64,000 bases of DNA from Octopus sinensis (lineage: Eukaryota): positions 23,808,001-23,872,000 of the forward strand of contig NC_043021.1 of assembly GCF_006345805.1 (NCBI RefSeq), read 5' to 3'. The notes beneath the pieces are model-generated. The model searched no databases. It saw nothing but the letters and a program-made list of their open reading frames with translations, and was not told the origin of the DNA. Below, one piece after another: positions 26,880 through 41,554 of this stretch. The translations under genes were made by a program, and so were the position numbers. Position 1 is the stretch's first letter. Each line of letters opens with the position of its first letter.

Positions 26880-29800
26880 GTCTTGTTCGTTTTATATCCT
26901 TCTAAACGTTGGATATACAGATTTTACGATGCAGATTACCTTCACACGACGTACAGATTTTACGATGCAATTGCCTTCACACGACGTACTTCATATTACT
27001 CCACTAAACACGATACTCCAATAAATACAAACACTCAATGATCTCAACGTCTTCCTACGACTTCTTACGTCTTAACCAATACGCTACTCCTTATAAGAAT
27101 TCGTTTAGTCCATTCTTCCAATCCAACAAGGGTGTCCATGACTCTCGCCACATCTCTCCCTTGGAGATTTACTTTCCAAGGAAGTTTAACATATTTCCAG
27201 TTTAGGCACTACTTCCAACAGTTCTGTTTGTTTCCTATTTCTTTCTTTTGCTGCTTGCCTGGGTTCAACTTGTTGTGGCGTTGGAACATCAAAGGCAACG
27301 GATAGCACTTCCAATGGTATCGCTTTCTTTTTTTCCGTATATCTATTTTTTATCTGGTTTAAATGCCTTTTGTGTTCCCATTTTTCACCTCTTATCATAT
27401 GCGTCATTTTGCCTATTCGCTTCTTTACTACTCCGTCTTCCCGACCTTCTCTTCCATTTATATATTTTTTGAAAAACACCTTGTCACCGATATTAAAATA
27501 CTTTATTTTCCTTACTGGTAACAGCTTGTCAAAAAATTTATTTTTCGTGTGCAAACATTAGTTCCGCAGGCGATTTGTTTGGACAAGTGTTTGGGTTTGC
27601 TGTTATCCTATAAACCCTCAAGAATTGTGTCAATGCTGCGTCATCGTCTAGCTCGTTTCTTGATTTCTGTAATGTTCATTTAAATGTATCCACGAACCGT
27701 TCCACTTGCCCGTTTGATCTTAGGTAATATGGTGGTGTAGAGATGTGTTCGGTTGACTCATACGCCGTAAACTGCGTACCATTATCAGTTACTATAGTAT
27801 CCAGGACACCATATCATGCAAAGAGTTCATGAAAACATTCTGTTCTTACCGTAGAGGTTGGTTTCTTACATCCACATATTTACGGCCACTTAGTAAAACT
27901 ATCTACTACAATCTGGTATTATGCGCCATCTACTGTTACAGCAACAGCTCTAGGAAGCCTGATCCAGGAACTGTCAGTTTTAGGCGACGGTTGGAATTTT
28001 AGCGGTGGTGACTTAGCTGCAAGGTCACAAACTCTGTAGGATTCACCGACTCTTCAATGACACGGTTCATTGTATACCAATATGCATAACATCCCATTAG
28101 TGATTATATTCTCGAAATCCATGGATGATCAATATGAAATTCCTTTTAAAAGAGGCTGGCGCTCTACGGCTCTTTGTGCATACATCAACACATTGTCACA
28201 CAGTGAGAAATGGTTTCGCATTTGTGTTGCGCATATTTTCATTTCTTTTAGCCTTCAGTAATTCCCTTATCTTTATAATGAATTTATCGTTCTTAGATTT
28301 TGATTTTATGTCAAGTAATGAAACTGGCATTTCACAAATGACTTTACATGAAACATTTTTAATTTCATTTTCCGCTCGCAAAGCGGAAATCACAGTATCT
28401 TCGAATGGTTCCACCGCTTTTTGGAATCAGTCTTAATAGAGAATCTGTATAGCCTAATTTCTTGGATGGTTTGTACTCCATCTTGAAATCATAATTTAAT
28501 AATATCGTACCTCAAAGTTGTAAACTACAAGCAGTATAAGTAGGAATTCCCTTTTTTCGACCCAAATATCGATAATAACGGTCGGTGATCAATGTGTTGC
28601 CGAAAATTTTACCGTCCAAATATCTGTGAAATATTTTTCATGGCAAAAATGATCGCTACAGATTCTTTTCCGATTTGACTACAATTTTTCTCTGCTGATA
28701 TCAGAAAACGTGAGGCATGAACCACCGCCTTCATGTTACCATCTTTATATTTGTGTAGCAATACTACTCCTATACCGTTCTCAGAACCTTCTGAACCTAC
28801 AACAATCTCTGCTGCAGAATCGAGATGAGATATAATTTTGGTAATAATTTGCCAGTCCTAAACATGCTTGTAAGGTCGCTATTTTAGCCGGAAGAGGTAT
28901 ATTTTTAATTGCCTTCGACGGATCAAGTCGATGTCCAATGATTTCTTCTAAATATCTTATTTCCAGTAAGAAAAATTCACACTTTTCTTCACACAAGGTA
29001 AAGCTGTAATCCTTAATTTTTTTTTAATACATATTTTACGCGCTCGACGTGTTCATCCGTTGATTTTATTTGAATGAGTATATCATCCAGATATGGAATT
29101 GCGAATTCACAGTCCGCTAACATTGCATCCATAATCTGTTGAAAAATCGCTGTTGTATTTATGCAGTCCTTTATGTGTGTTGACTGTTAGGTATTTGGAG
29201 CATTCATCGTCTACTCTAATTTGTAGGCACGCATCAGAGAGACCCAATTTAGAAAATATCTTTCCACCGTTTAATTTCGCAAAAATATATCCCAGGAGTA
29301 AGTAGAGGATAGGGGCACGTTTTAAGACATTCGTTTAAGACAGTGGAAAAATAGGCACACACTCTGATTTTATTATTTTTCTTCTTAATATATACAATTG
29401 GTGCTGCCCATTTAGAATATTCCACTTTTTGGTTAACTCCAATTGTTTCTAGTGTCTCCAATTCTTCATTGATTTGCTTCATTGCTGCGAAGGGTTCAGT
29501 TCATTTTGGTTTAGATACTGGTATGGCGTTTTTTTTTATTTGAAAATACGCCTTTGTTTTGGTACACAGACATAGTTTATTGGGCAGAACTACAGAGAAA
29601 ATATTCTTTCTTTTTTCTTTCAATTTGTATGGTGACTTGTTTTTGCTGGAGGAAAAAACATTTATATTTTTACTGAAAAGATTCATGGTGTGTGTTTGTG
29701 TATGTGTGGGGGTCCTATGAATTAAATGATTCCATTCCGTAAGTACCGAACAAGTTTGTTGCATTATTTAACAAAAAAAAACTTTTACTTTCGAGGTTGT

Positions 29801-31254
29801 ACCCCGAAATGTAACCTCAGTTTTCATTTCGCTCCAAAAATGTAATTTTTTTCCTTAGACACCTGTCGCAATTACTGAAGTTTCCATTAATGTAGGCTTT
29901 CTTATTTTTTTCTATGTGTCAGTGTTAATAATTGTAACTACCCGTTCACATTATTAATTTGTATTTACACAAACTTTCATTTGTGAGCCTCGCCTAGACT
30001 TTCTGTTGAGTAAACCTTTCCAGAATTTTTTCGTTCGACCTTTAATCTACAATGTGAGTTCAATGTGGGTTCAAAGTTTTGACGGTTAAACCATTTAAAA
30101 TTTTTAAAGGGACAGTTATTTTTAAAATGTAGACCTCTGCGTCCATAGCATGTGTTGGGTCTTGACCTTCGTTTTTCTTTTTCCTTATCCGTTACAGGTC
30201 GACACATATGTATGTGAGATAATCCTTTTCTTCTATTTTATTTGCGTCATGTCGTAGATTAATAATTCTCTGACAATCCCCTGCCACTACCTGCAAAGTC
30301 AAATCCTAGTCCTGTTCTAATTTTGTCCATATCTGGGGGCACGTATCTCTGCATCGTTTTGTAGTTAACCTTCGAAAAAAGATTAGATATTTGAACATGT
30401 CCAGAGTTAATTCTTTTAATTTCAATTTTTCGCATTCTCGATTGACGACTCCGGCATAGGTAACAAAATCTTCACCATCTGTTCCTTACTAAATTCAAAC
30501 ACTCCCAGCGAGTATTGAACAGGGAACTTCTCTCACTGAAAATTTTCAATGGAATGTTGTTTCAACGAAGCAAATTTCACGTTTTATTTTGGCAGAATCT
30601 ATGGTTATAGTGATTTTCATGTTCGGCAGGGAATACGTTTCTTAACAGTAGTCATACTTTTTCATTGTCCGTCCAATTTTTGCATTCCTCCTTGAAAATT
30701 TCTTCATATCTTAGGAAATATGCTGGAAAATGTATGCCTTCTTCTGGGTTATAACTGAATTCTGCAGTTGCGTTTGCTACGCCGTCTGGCGAAAACAAAT
30801 ATGAAGTATTTTTGGACTTCAACATTAATTCCAGAAACTGTTGCTATTGTGCCGCTGTAACTGTTGTTGCGGTTGCTGCTGTTGTTGCAACTACACCACG
30901 GAGGCTAATAAGTCTTCCATGTCAACTAATTTTTCTTTGATTTTGTATCAAAAGAAAATGTCAACGTCCGACGTAAGCATCGAATAAACTCGTCACCACT
31001 TTTATATCCTTCTTTACGTTGGATATACAGATATCTCAAAGCGGGGATAGATGCAATTGTCTTCACACGACGTACTTCAGATTACTCCACTAAACACGAC
31101 ACTCCAATAAATGTAAACTTTCAACGAATCCCTACGCCCTCCACAAACTGACAACGACTCCTACGACTCCTTCTCTCGTCTTAACCAATACGCTACTCTT
31201 TATAAAAGTTCGCCTAGTCTCATTCTTTCCATCCCACAGAGACACTCGCCACTA
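26880..31254 (-). mobile_element. Decayed Ty3/Gypsy LTR retrotransposon (Mag-like)
   Basis: Diverged direct LTRs at about 26880-27152 and 30960-31254, both starting TG on the minus strand; polypurine tract AAGGGAGAGA at 27162-27153. Confidence 0.88.
27186..30920 (-). pseudogene. gag-pol pseudogene (gag, zinc knuckle, RT, RNase H, integrase)
   Basis: FSYNPEEGIHFPAYFLRYEEIF (gag); WAAPIVYIKK and YLDDIL (RT); TDNGTQF and SNGQVERFVDTFK (integrase); many stops and frameshifts. Confidence 0.88.
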
Positions 31255-31487
31255 CACTTCGCTAAAAATTCTCGCGAGAGTTTATTGTGAATTCCAGTGT
31301 TTTTTCATGTTTTAATCCAAAATGGAAACAAATACCATTCCTCGATGTGATCAGCTCGGAACATTGTTAAGATATTAAGGTACTTTCTCAACATAAAACC
31401 AATGGTAGACTTAATGCACAAATAAGGAATCTTTATCCACAAATGCAGTGTTTACTATTCGCTCTCATTGTTTGACACTTATGTATG

Positions 31488-31542
<55 letters not shown>

Positions 31543-31601
31543 ATGTATACACAAACACACACATATATGTATATATATATACACATTTATATATATGTAT
31601 G

Positions 31602-31642
<41 letters not shown>

Positions 31643-31645
31643 ATG

Positions 31646-31701
<56 letters not shown>

Positions 31702-32011
31702 CATGTATATATATTTATATATTACTTATCACTGTTACGTGACGTTTATGTTTGAAATGGTTATGTTTTTGAAATATTTTTCAACATATATAGGCACTGA
31801 CATGACTGTGTAGGAAGAAGTTTGTTTCCCAACCATAAGGTTCCGGGTTCAGTCCCACTGCATGGCAACTTGGGCAAGTAACTTTTATTAACCCCTATGC
31901 CGACAAAAGCCATGTCAGGGAATTAGGGAAACGGAAAATAAAAGAAAAGATGTGTGTGTATGTATGCATGTATGTTTGAATGTATGTATGTGTTTATGTA
32001 TGTATATATAT

Positions 32012-32042
<31 letters not shown>

Positions 32043-32151
32043 TAGATTAGGGGTTGTGTTAACCTCATGAAGGGATGATTTCATCCAAGGAAATACTGGT
32101 TCAATATCTAGTATTTTGGGGGAATTAATTTCCTTAAAATAATAGATATAA

Positions 32152-32211
<60 letters not shown>

Positions 32212-32322
32212 ATATATATATATATATATAAACTCATAGTTTATATTCGTATAAAAGAAGAGAAAGATAATGCAGATTAGGAAGTGAATACTTGTTTATT
32301 ATTAAAAGTAAATTAATCATCG

Positions 32323-32408
32323 TCCCTTACAGATGTTTCAATTAATACTCAGTAAATATTAATTAAATATTCAATTGATATGACCTGAGCATAATATCTT
32401 CAGAGGGA
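32323..32408 (-). ncRNA. Type-I hammerhead motif (left member of an inverted pair)
   Basis: TCCCT-CTGAAGA-T-ATTATGCTCAG...CTGAGTATTAAT-T-GAAAC-ATCT-GTA-AGGGA. Confidence 0.7.
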
Positions 32409-32501
32409 AAAAGGTATCCCCTTGAATGTTTTATATGTATTTATGAATTCATTATAGCAGGAACCCGTAAACACATATAAATCATCCTAGGGTATATTTT
32501 T

Positions 32502-32587
32502 TCCCTCTGAAGATATTTTGCCCAGGTTATATAAATTTAATATTTAATTGATATTTACTGAGGATTAATTGAAACAGCTGTAAGAGA
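32502..32587 (+). ncRNA. Type-I hammerhead motif (right member of an inverted pair)
   Basis: TCCCT-CTGAAGA (32507-32513)...GAAAC-AGCT-GTA-AGAGA; arms 32310-32412 and 32498-32600 are inverted and diverged. Confidence 0.7.
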
Positions 32588-32651
32588 TGATGATTAATTT
32601 GCTGTTCATTATAATCAATTATTAACTTCCCTATCTCTATTTTCTTTTTCT

Positions 32652-32723
<72 letters not shown>

Positions 32724-33759
32724 CACACACACATATATATATGTATATGTATATATGTATGTATATGTGTATGCATATGTTTGTGGTGGTCCACCATTAC
32801 TGCTTGACAGCCTGTGCTGGTTTGTTAACATCCCCGTATTTTAGTAGTTCAATAAAAAGAATTCGATAGATTATGTACCAGGCTTTTAAAGAATAATTAC
32901 TAGGGATCGATTCACCCCATTATGGCTGCAGTCCAATGACTGAAACAAGTGAAAGATAATTAAAGATATACGTGCATGATGCCATCTTTAATTATCTGAG
33001 TGCAAAAGCGAAGCGTTGTTCTAATTATGAACACACTAAAACACAACAGAACAATTCCAGTATGTACCAAAGATGCTCCTCAGACTACACATATTCCGTG
33101 TAAATTTTGTGCTCAGAATTGTCCCGTGTGAAAGGGAAGGCACATGAGACCTACAAAAGAGTGGACGAAGTAAAAGTGACAAAAGCGATGCTAGTAAGTA
33201 CAACTCATCCGACTTCACTTCCTCATCAAACGTGTGACCATCACTTCACATCAACTAGTCCTTGTTGGTAACGCTAGTATTTGTATTACACTCATCAAAT
33301 TCTAAACTACAGAAGATAGTTTGCCTAACTAGGGTGTATGGCTCAGTGACTTGTCTTATGCGTTCATCAATGGTTTTAGCGCCTATTTTTGTCGTGAGAA
33401 GATAGACATACTGGAACTTCCCCGTCACCTCACTCATGACTCTGGGAATTAATAGATATACCAGTTGGAAGAGGGAGGGATCCAGTAGCATCCGACAGAC
33501 ACTGGTTACGACTATGTACATGAAGTGAAATACCTTGTTCAAGGACACAACTTACAATCAAGTCACACAAGGAATTTGAAACTGTTATTTTGTGAGAATT
33601 TTAAATGCTGGACCTTGGTCTTCACCACTGATAGAATTCAATAATGTTTATTGTAAGTAATTATCTACAAATCAGGATAATAATGGTTTCAAATCTTGGC
33701 ACAATACAACTAATTTGGGGGTCGGAAGTAAGTCAATAACATCGAATGGTCGCCTTAAC

Positions 33760-33803
<44 letters not shown>

Positions 33804-33892
33804 TAACAACAACAATAATAGTAATAATAATGACGATGATGATGATAATAATAACAACAAAAACGATAATAATAAAGATGATGATGATGATG

Positions 33893-33944
<52 letters not shown>

Positions 33945-34076
33945 GATAACGATTTCTACTAGAGGCACAATTTTGAGAGAGGAGACTAGTCGTTTACCGG
34001 ACACCAGTATTCCACTGATACTTAATTTATCGACTTCGAATGGATGAAAGACAAAGTCGACCTCGGTGGAATTTGG

Positions 34077-34121
<45 letters not shown>

Positions 34122-34330
34122 TGCCCTGATGCAGTACCATGGCTTCTGATCTTAACTGATTGCAAGTGTTATCATTTACATTGTTTTGTCTTGCTATAAA
34201 AGATGGGCTACAGCAAATATTCTGCTCAATACCACAGATTTGCTTGTCGATTGATTTTAACCAGTTGGGTCATGATGGACTTCGAATATTTGACCCCAGT
34301 ATCACTTTGATGGCATGCACTGCTCTCTCA
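34122..34330. mobile_element. (TAA)n-embedded short repeat, internally deleted copy
   Basis: Same two ends as 38442-38993 (CCCTGATGCAGTACCA...GCATGCACTGCTCTCTCA); (TAA)n on both sides. Confidence 0.8.
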
Positions 34331-34360
34331 ATAATAATAATGATAATAATAATAATAATG

Positions 34361-34398
<38 letters not shown>

Positions 34399-34411
34399 AA
34401 TATAATAATAA

Positions 34412-37400
34412 AACGTTTAAGGAGAACACCGTGGAACGTTTAAGGGAGAACACCGGGGAACGTTTAAGATGAGAACACCGGGGAACGTTTAAGATGTAAG
34501 AAGGAAAATACAGAGCTCCGAAATCTATCCACAAACATCGAAAACAAGGACATCCTATGGAGCCAAAGATTTACTAACAAAGAATTGGACTGTATCCGAG
34601 TAAGTAATACTAATTGAAATTTATTACTATTTTCGAAACGAAATGATGTATTTTGACTCGATATTATCTCCACCTCTAACACAACACATGTAAACATGCG
34701 TGGAACATCACGATCATCCCCGACCCCAAACACCATGTACAAAGGAACTACGAAGAAATTAAATGCCACCGATACTATTCAACCCAAGAATAACAATCCA
34801 GCGGTACGTACATTAAACTTACAACAAAAAATGTACGAAAAACTACACGTGCGAAATAATGTGACAACAGAAATAAACGGACCGGTACCCTACGAAAATG
34901 ACGACCGTCAAAATAATGGGCCGGACGTTGTACCTCATTCCGCAAATAAAACCCAAAAGACGTAAATGGACACGTGAGGAATACATTTCTATCTTATACG
35001 CATACTTCACAGCAATGCTCTACCCAAAAAATGAAAATACACAACACATACATATAAAATATGGAAGGAAAATAATAGAGGTATAGACTTGGATACAGCA
35101 ATGAACCCTAATAAATTAGCTAGCGTACGAAGATACATTCTCAACACAAAAAAATATCAGAAATAGAATAGAACATCTAAAAGAAAACATACACCAGGAA
35201 AATGTAGATAGAAGCCACAACAATGCCCAATAATATAAACACTGAAACTGTAAAACACAAGACAAACGCAACATTCCCAACAAACACGATGTAAACAACG
35301 AAGGGGAGCCTAATGATTATGATAATATAAAAAATAAAATAATCAAAGAACTGAAAACCACAGAGCCCAAAATGGACCACGGCCATACCTCCCAAGAATA
35401 AAAATAAACGAAATAACAACACCCATTTATAAACAGCATAAAACTAGCCGTCACTGAACTAGCCACTGAAACAAAAAAAGTGATATCACTGAACTAAATG
35501 ACTTGATATACGCAGCAGCCACTGCAGCCACAAAAGAAGCTGGATACTCACCCAAACCCGCCCAAACAAGAGTACCACTACCCAAACAAACCCTGTGGAT
35601 AAATAGCATCCAAAACAAAAAAAAAATTAGAAAAGACCTGTCGATTCTTAATGAAATCAGCAAACAATCAACGCTACTGAGCAACAAAAACAGAACAAAA
35701 ATGCTCCGCAAATATAACATCACAGAAAAAGATTTGCTGGAGATAAAAGAAAAGCTGAAGCAAGATATCCTTGCCAAAGCTCAAAGGATCCGCCGGTACG
35801 AGAAACGCCAACGCTTCTTTGAACAGAACAAAAAGTTCAACTCCAACCCCAAAAGGTTCTACCAAGAACTGGGAAAAAATAAAATAGAAGTCACTGCAGC
35901 ACCAACGGCAGAAGAATTGGAAGACGTCTGGAGAGAAATATGGTCGGCGAACGAACAGCCAAAAGAAAGGAGTATCAAAATAACAAACTCGGCATCTGAA
36001 CAACTTTGGACCCCCATAACAACTGAAGAGGTCACCCAGGCACTGCAAAAACTAAGCAACTGGAAGGCACCTGGGTATGACAAGATCCCCAACTTCTGGT
36101 TGAAATATCTAACAGGAATGCCCAAAAAGCTGGCTGAAAACTTTAACAGCATACTAGCAGAGCCAGAGACAATGCCTGAATGGCTCACGAAGGGGAAAAC
36201 CATCTTAATTCCCAAATCAAATGAAACAGCAAAACCAGAAAACTACAGACCAATAACCTGCCTCCCTACTATGTTCAAGGCATTTACTGCAGTGATATCG
36301 CAAAGGCTGAACAAGCACCTGGACGAAAACAAACTGTTCCCAGAAGAGCAGAAAGGATGCCGCAAAGGCTCATATGGCTGTAAAGATCAACTAATGATTA
36401 ATAAAGCCGTAACTGAAGACAGCCACAGAAAGAAGAAAGGCCTCAGTATGGCCTGGATTGACTACAAAAAGGCGTTTGATAGCATCCCCCACACATGGAT
36501 CCTCGAAACACTAGCCATTAACAAAGTAGCACCAACAATCAAAAATTCATAGAGCACTCTATGAATAAATGGCAAACAGTCCTACACTCCAAACAAAAGA
36601 GGGACTCATGAAAACCAAAGACATCCCCATTAGAAGAGGAATATTCCAGGGAGACACGCTCTCTCCACTCCTTTTCTGCTTGGCACTGTCACCTCTATCT
36701 GATATGCTAATAGAACTGGATGCGGATATAAATGTTACGGCAAAACGATCAGCCACCTTTTATATATGGATGACCTAAAACTATACGCTGCAAATGACAA
36801 ACAGCTGGAAACACTATTAAAGACAGTTCATGGATTTACCAAAGAAATAGATATGAAATTTGGATTAGAAAAATGCGCCAAAGTAACCATGAAAAGAGGA
36901 AAACTAGTTAAGAGTAACAACATCACACTAGATAAAACCAATGAAATAAAAGAATTAGACCAAAGCCAAACTTACAAATACTTAGGAATCCATGAACTAG
37001 ATAAGACACAACACACACAAATGAAAGAGAAAATATAAAAAGAATATTATAGACGAGTTAAATCAATACTAAAAACAGAGCTCAATGCTAAAAACAAGAT
37101 AATAGGTATCAACACTTTAGCCGTCCCAGTTATAAGTTACAGCTATAATATCCTTAACTGGACACGAAATGAACTGTCCAAAATAGATAGGAAAACAAGA
37201 AAAATACTGACAGGATCTAGGATGCATCACCCAAAATCTGACATAGAAAGACTATATATACAACGTATAGAAGGTGGTAGAGGCCTTATACAGCTGGAAA
37301 ACTACTATAAAATAACCACCATAGGACTGCAAAAATATCTACTTCAGAAGGAAGGAAAACTGATCCAGATAGCAGCAAAACACGAGCAAAACAAAAAACT

Positions 37401-38404
37401 GTTCTCAGTATTTAAGGAAGCTGACAAATACAAACAAGAAATCATACCACCTAATAACATGAAGAAGAAGAAGAAGAAGATGATGAAGAAACAACAAAAG
37501 CTATAAAACAAATGAAATCCAAACTAAAAATAGAACAGCAACGAACCATGATAAAACGATGGCAAGAAAAGCCCCTTCATGGTAAATACTGCACTAAACT
37601 AAACGCAAAAGAAATAGAAAAAGAAAAATCCCAGCAATGGTTGAGAAGCTCAGGACTCAAAGCAGAAACAGAGGGATTTTTAATTGCAGCACAAGACCAA
37701 AGCCTCCCCACCAGAAATTACCAAAAACATGTAATGAAAAGAAATATTATAAGTAACTGCAGAATATGTGGAGATGGACAAGAAACATAAATCATATTAT
37801 CTCTAGCTGCCCAGTCCTGGCTAAGAAGGAATATATTCACAGACATGACAGAGTTGGAACCTACATACATTGGAAGCTATGCCAACATTATGGAATAACA
37901 ACAGAAAAAAGATGGTATAGGCACACACCAGAAAAGGTCACAGAAAACGAGAAAGCAACCATACTCTGGGATATGCCGATACACACAGATAGAGAAATTA
38001 AGGCCAACAGACCAGATATAGTTGTCAGAGATCATGAAGAAAAAAAATGCTTTCTAATTGATGTATCAATACCGGCAGATGACAACGTGTCTCTAAAAGA
38101 AATGGAGAAACTCTCAAAATACAAAGACCTGGAAATAGAGGTAACTAGAATGTGGAATATGAAAACAGAAACAATTCCTATCATAGTAGGTGCATTAGGC
38201 ATGATAAAAAAATATTCAGATAAATACATAACAAAAACACCAGGACTTACAAACGCATACAACATACAGAAAATTGCACTACTAGGCACTGCACACATCC
38301 TACGCAGAACGCTTTCCATACAATAACCATCAGAGCACATACCCAAGGCACACAGAGCTGCGCTCGGTAGTGAAGTGAAAGCACGCTATAAAAATAAAAC
38401 TACT
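34412..38404 (+). mobile_element. Dong/R4-clade non-LTR retrotransposon, apparently full length, inactivated
   Basis: RT plus C-terminal restriction-like endonuclease in one ORF; (TAA)n at both junctions; 23-25 bp tandem repeats at the 5' end. Confidence 0.9.
34696..38326 (+). pseudogene. RT and restriction-like endonuclease ORF, broken by frameshifts and stops
   Basis: RRKWTREEY; ENYRPITCL; WIDYKKAFDSIPH; GIFQGDTLSPLLF; MDDLKLY; CRICG...HIISSC...RHD; RPDIVVRD; IDVSIP; EKLSKY; IIVGALG. Start position uncertain. Confidence 0.9.
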
Positions 38405-38441
38405 AAATAATAATAATAATAATAATAATAGTAATAATAAA

Positions 38442-38993
38442 TTCCCTGATGCAGTACCAGGCAGTGGCTCTCATGGCTTCTGATCTTAACTGATTGGAAG
38501 AGTTATCATGTACATTGTTTTGTCTTGGTATAAAAGATGGGCTACAGCAAATATTCTGCTCAATACCACAGATTTGCTTGTCAGTTGTTTGACCTTAACC
38601 AGTTGAGCATGTCCCTTAGTGGCTGACGATATGTGCATCTCTGATCACGAGCAGAAGTAATGGGGGAGCATCATAGCCATGTGTTGAGAGGGATTCTTTG
38701 GGGTTTGAATAATTCACCTCTGGAAACATGGGTGGTTCTTTCAACATCCTTAAACAACCCTTATTCAGAGACCTTTTGAGTGGGATGGGCTACTCGACCT
38801 GAAGAAAATTCTAACTGGGCCCCACCTGCAAGGTCATGTACTGTTTATCTTGATATAAGATCACCATGTCGCGCACATATGGTTGTGATGCATGTGCCTG
38901 GTGTACCTTTATCAGACGGGTAGTCATGATGGGTATATTGGGCTTCGTATATTTTACCCCAGTGTCACTTTGATGGCATGCACTGCTCTCTCA
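38442..38993. mobile_element. (TAA)n-embedded 550 bp non-coding repeat
   Basis: Longer version of 34122-34330; (TAA)n on both sides; no ORF. Confidence 0.8.
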
Positions 38994-41184
38994 CGTAATA
39001 ATAATAATAATAATAATAATAGTCAAGATGAAGAGCGCGATCGATTGTAATTTTATTGAATGATATTTCAACAGTATGTCGGACTTTGTCAAGTTCAAAA
39101 TAAGAAGTGATAAAAATTCAGAAATTTAAACGTTTAAATTGTTTTCATTTTTTTTTCCACTACTGAATATCTACACACAGTCTGTCTTTAACACAATCAA
39201 CTACATCAAAAGACCCTTCCAAATCGATGAAATTAATAAAATTAATATTCCTCTTGAACCATTGTAGGCCTAAACTTGCAGAAAATATATGTACATGGAG
39301 GGAAGTTAGAGGAAAGATAGAGTGGGTGTAGTGATTATTGGCGACAGGGGTTACAAGAGGAGGAAGGCAAATGTGTAGGAAATGCTTAAGTAGAAGCTCT
39401 ATGAGTCCGCTTCAAGGGGCATTCGAGTACAAAATCTATTCCCTGTGGCAAGAAGCATACCGTTCCCCCGGGCTTCAATGTCTCTCTTCTAATATAACGT
39501 AACCCCGCTATACATACATTGCCTAAGATAGATCCATATTGGTTATTCGGACATTTAGACTTTTATTCTTCTATCACTCTTCCAATACATCATGTAATCC
39601 CGTTGCACATGGCGTGTAGCGTCACTCTGCACAGATTACACACGTGAATACGCGCGCGCACGCACACCTGCAACAAAGGCGAATGAATGTATATGAAATT
39701 CCGTTCAAGATGCTTGAATATGTTCGTATCTTTTATCTTCTACTTGTTTCAGTCATTAGACTGTGACCTTGCTGGGGAACTGCCTTAAGGAATTACTCAC
39801 ATTTTTCTAAGTCTGGTACTCAGTCTCTTTTGCCAAACCGCTAAGTTATAGGGACATAAACACACGAACACCAGTTGTCAAGTGGTACTGGGGGACCGGA
39901 CGACGCGTTGTGTTCTCGAGAAACACACATTTCACGTTGCTCAGCTCCTCTTTCGACCAGGGGGTAATGTTTGTCTGCTCACCCAGCCAATGCTAAACAA
40001 GGCAAAAACGCATTTTAACCAGCGATGTGTAACAACATCTGATAGCCTGGTCGTTCACATTATCATATACTTACATGCACGCACACACACACGCACACAC
40101 ACACACACACACACACTCATATACGACGGGCTTCTTTCAGTTTCTGTCGATCATATCCACTGAGAAGGCTTCGGTCGGCCCGACGCTATAGTAGAAGCTA
40201 TTTGCTCAAGGTGCTACGCCGTGAAACTGGACCCGGAACCATGTATTTGAGAAGCAAGCTTCTTACCGCACAACCACGCCTGCCCCTATTACTACACAGC
40301 TATTCCTATGTCTTGGTTACCTGTTCATGGAGAACCGGATTTTAGCAGTAATTGTGACTATGAGTTGCGTAATATTGGATTACACGTTGCTTCCCTCGGC
40401 CTGAATACCCTAAACACAGAGAGGACAAACAATTAAGTCGATTATATCGACCCCAGTGCGTAACTGGTACTTATTTACCCCGAATGGATAAAAGGCAAAG
40501 TCGACCTCGGTGGAATTTGAACTCAGAACGTAACGGCAGACGAAATACGGCTACGCATTTCGCCCGGCGTGCTAATGATTCTGCCAGCTCCCCGCCCTTA
40601 TCCCGAATACCATCTGAATAAATATGAACAATGCTTTGAACCTTTTACCAGATTGCAAGTGATCAAATCCTATTCTGTAAATGCACTGTATATCAACTAC
40701 GGCAGACTGAACAGGCTTTTTGATTTATAGGAAGGGTTCGACTCACATAGCAAACGTTACATTTTATATACTTAGATCACTGTATCACTGTATCGACCAG
40801 ATTATTCGATGTTATAATACATCGCTAGTCACAAAGTCCTCCGCACATTATTGTAGTTTTCGAGTGATGCTACGCTGCTGGTTAGGCAGGTATGCCATCA
40901 TTTCCATTGAACGGGACACCAGTCCGTTGTAGGGTACATATTTACAGCTGAGTGGACTGGAGCAATGCAAAATGAAGTGATTTGCTCAAGAACGCAATGC
41001 ACTGCTGGTCCGAGATTCAAAACCAAGATCTTGCACTCATGAATTCAAGAGCTTAGCCATTAGTCCACACGAGTTCGCATTATATATTTAGATAACCTAC
41101 TGTTATTTTGTAGATGCATGCGGACCTAAAGCTGCCGTCTTACAACGAATAGTCGCGCGAGCAGTGACGCCTCGACCGGTATAT

Positions 41185-41295
<111 letters not shown>

Positions 41296-41554
41296 CAAGG
41301 ATAACTGCATAGACCATAACATAAATAGCCCTGATAAGACAATTTTAGATAAAATTAAGAAACATACAATTAGTAACGTAGACAACAATAGGGATCAAGC
41401 CAGAAATAATAGTAGATATAGATTTACAACGGCAAAATATCCTAATGAAATTAAGAATATTAATAAGAACATAGTACTGAACACTTGTAATACGGATAAA
41501 ATAAACTTTGATAAAACTAATAAACATGCAAATAGGAACATTAATAAATACTAA

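Larger units (their letters stand above)
26530..31331. mobile_element. Short TIR element interrupted by the Gypsy insertion
   Basis: 26530-26587 and 31270-31331 are imperfect reverse complements (TCTCGCGAGA..TTTTAT.GTGAATTCC.GTGTTT..TCATGTTTTAATC). Confidence 0.65.
31800..32960 (+). mobile_element. Decayed SINE family 1 split by insertions in its internal (TA)n
   Basis: Head at about 31800-31950, tail at about 32780-32960; inverted hammerhead module lies between them. Confidence 0.7.
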
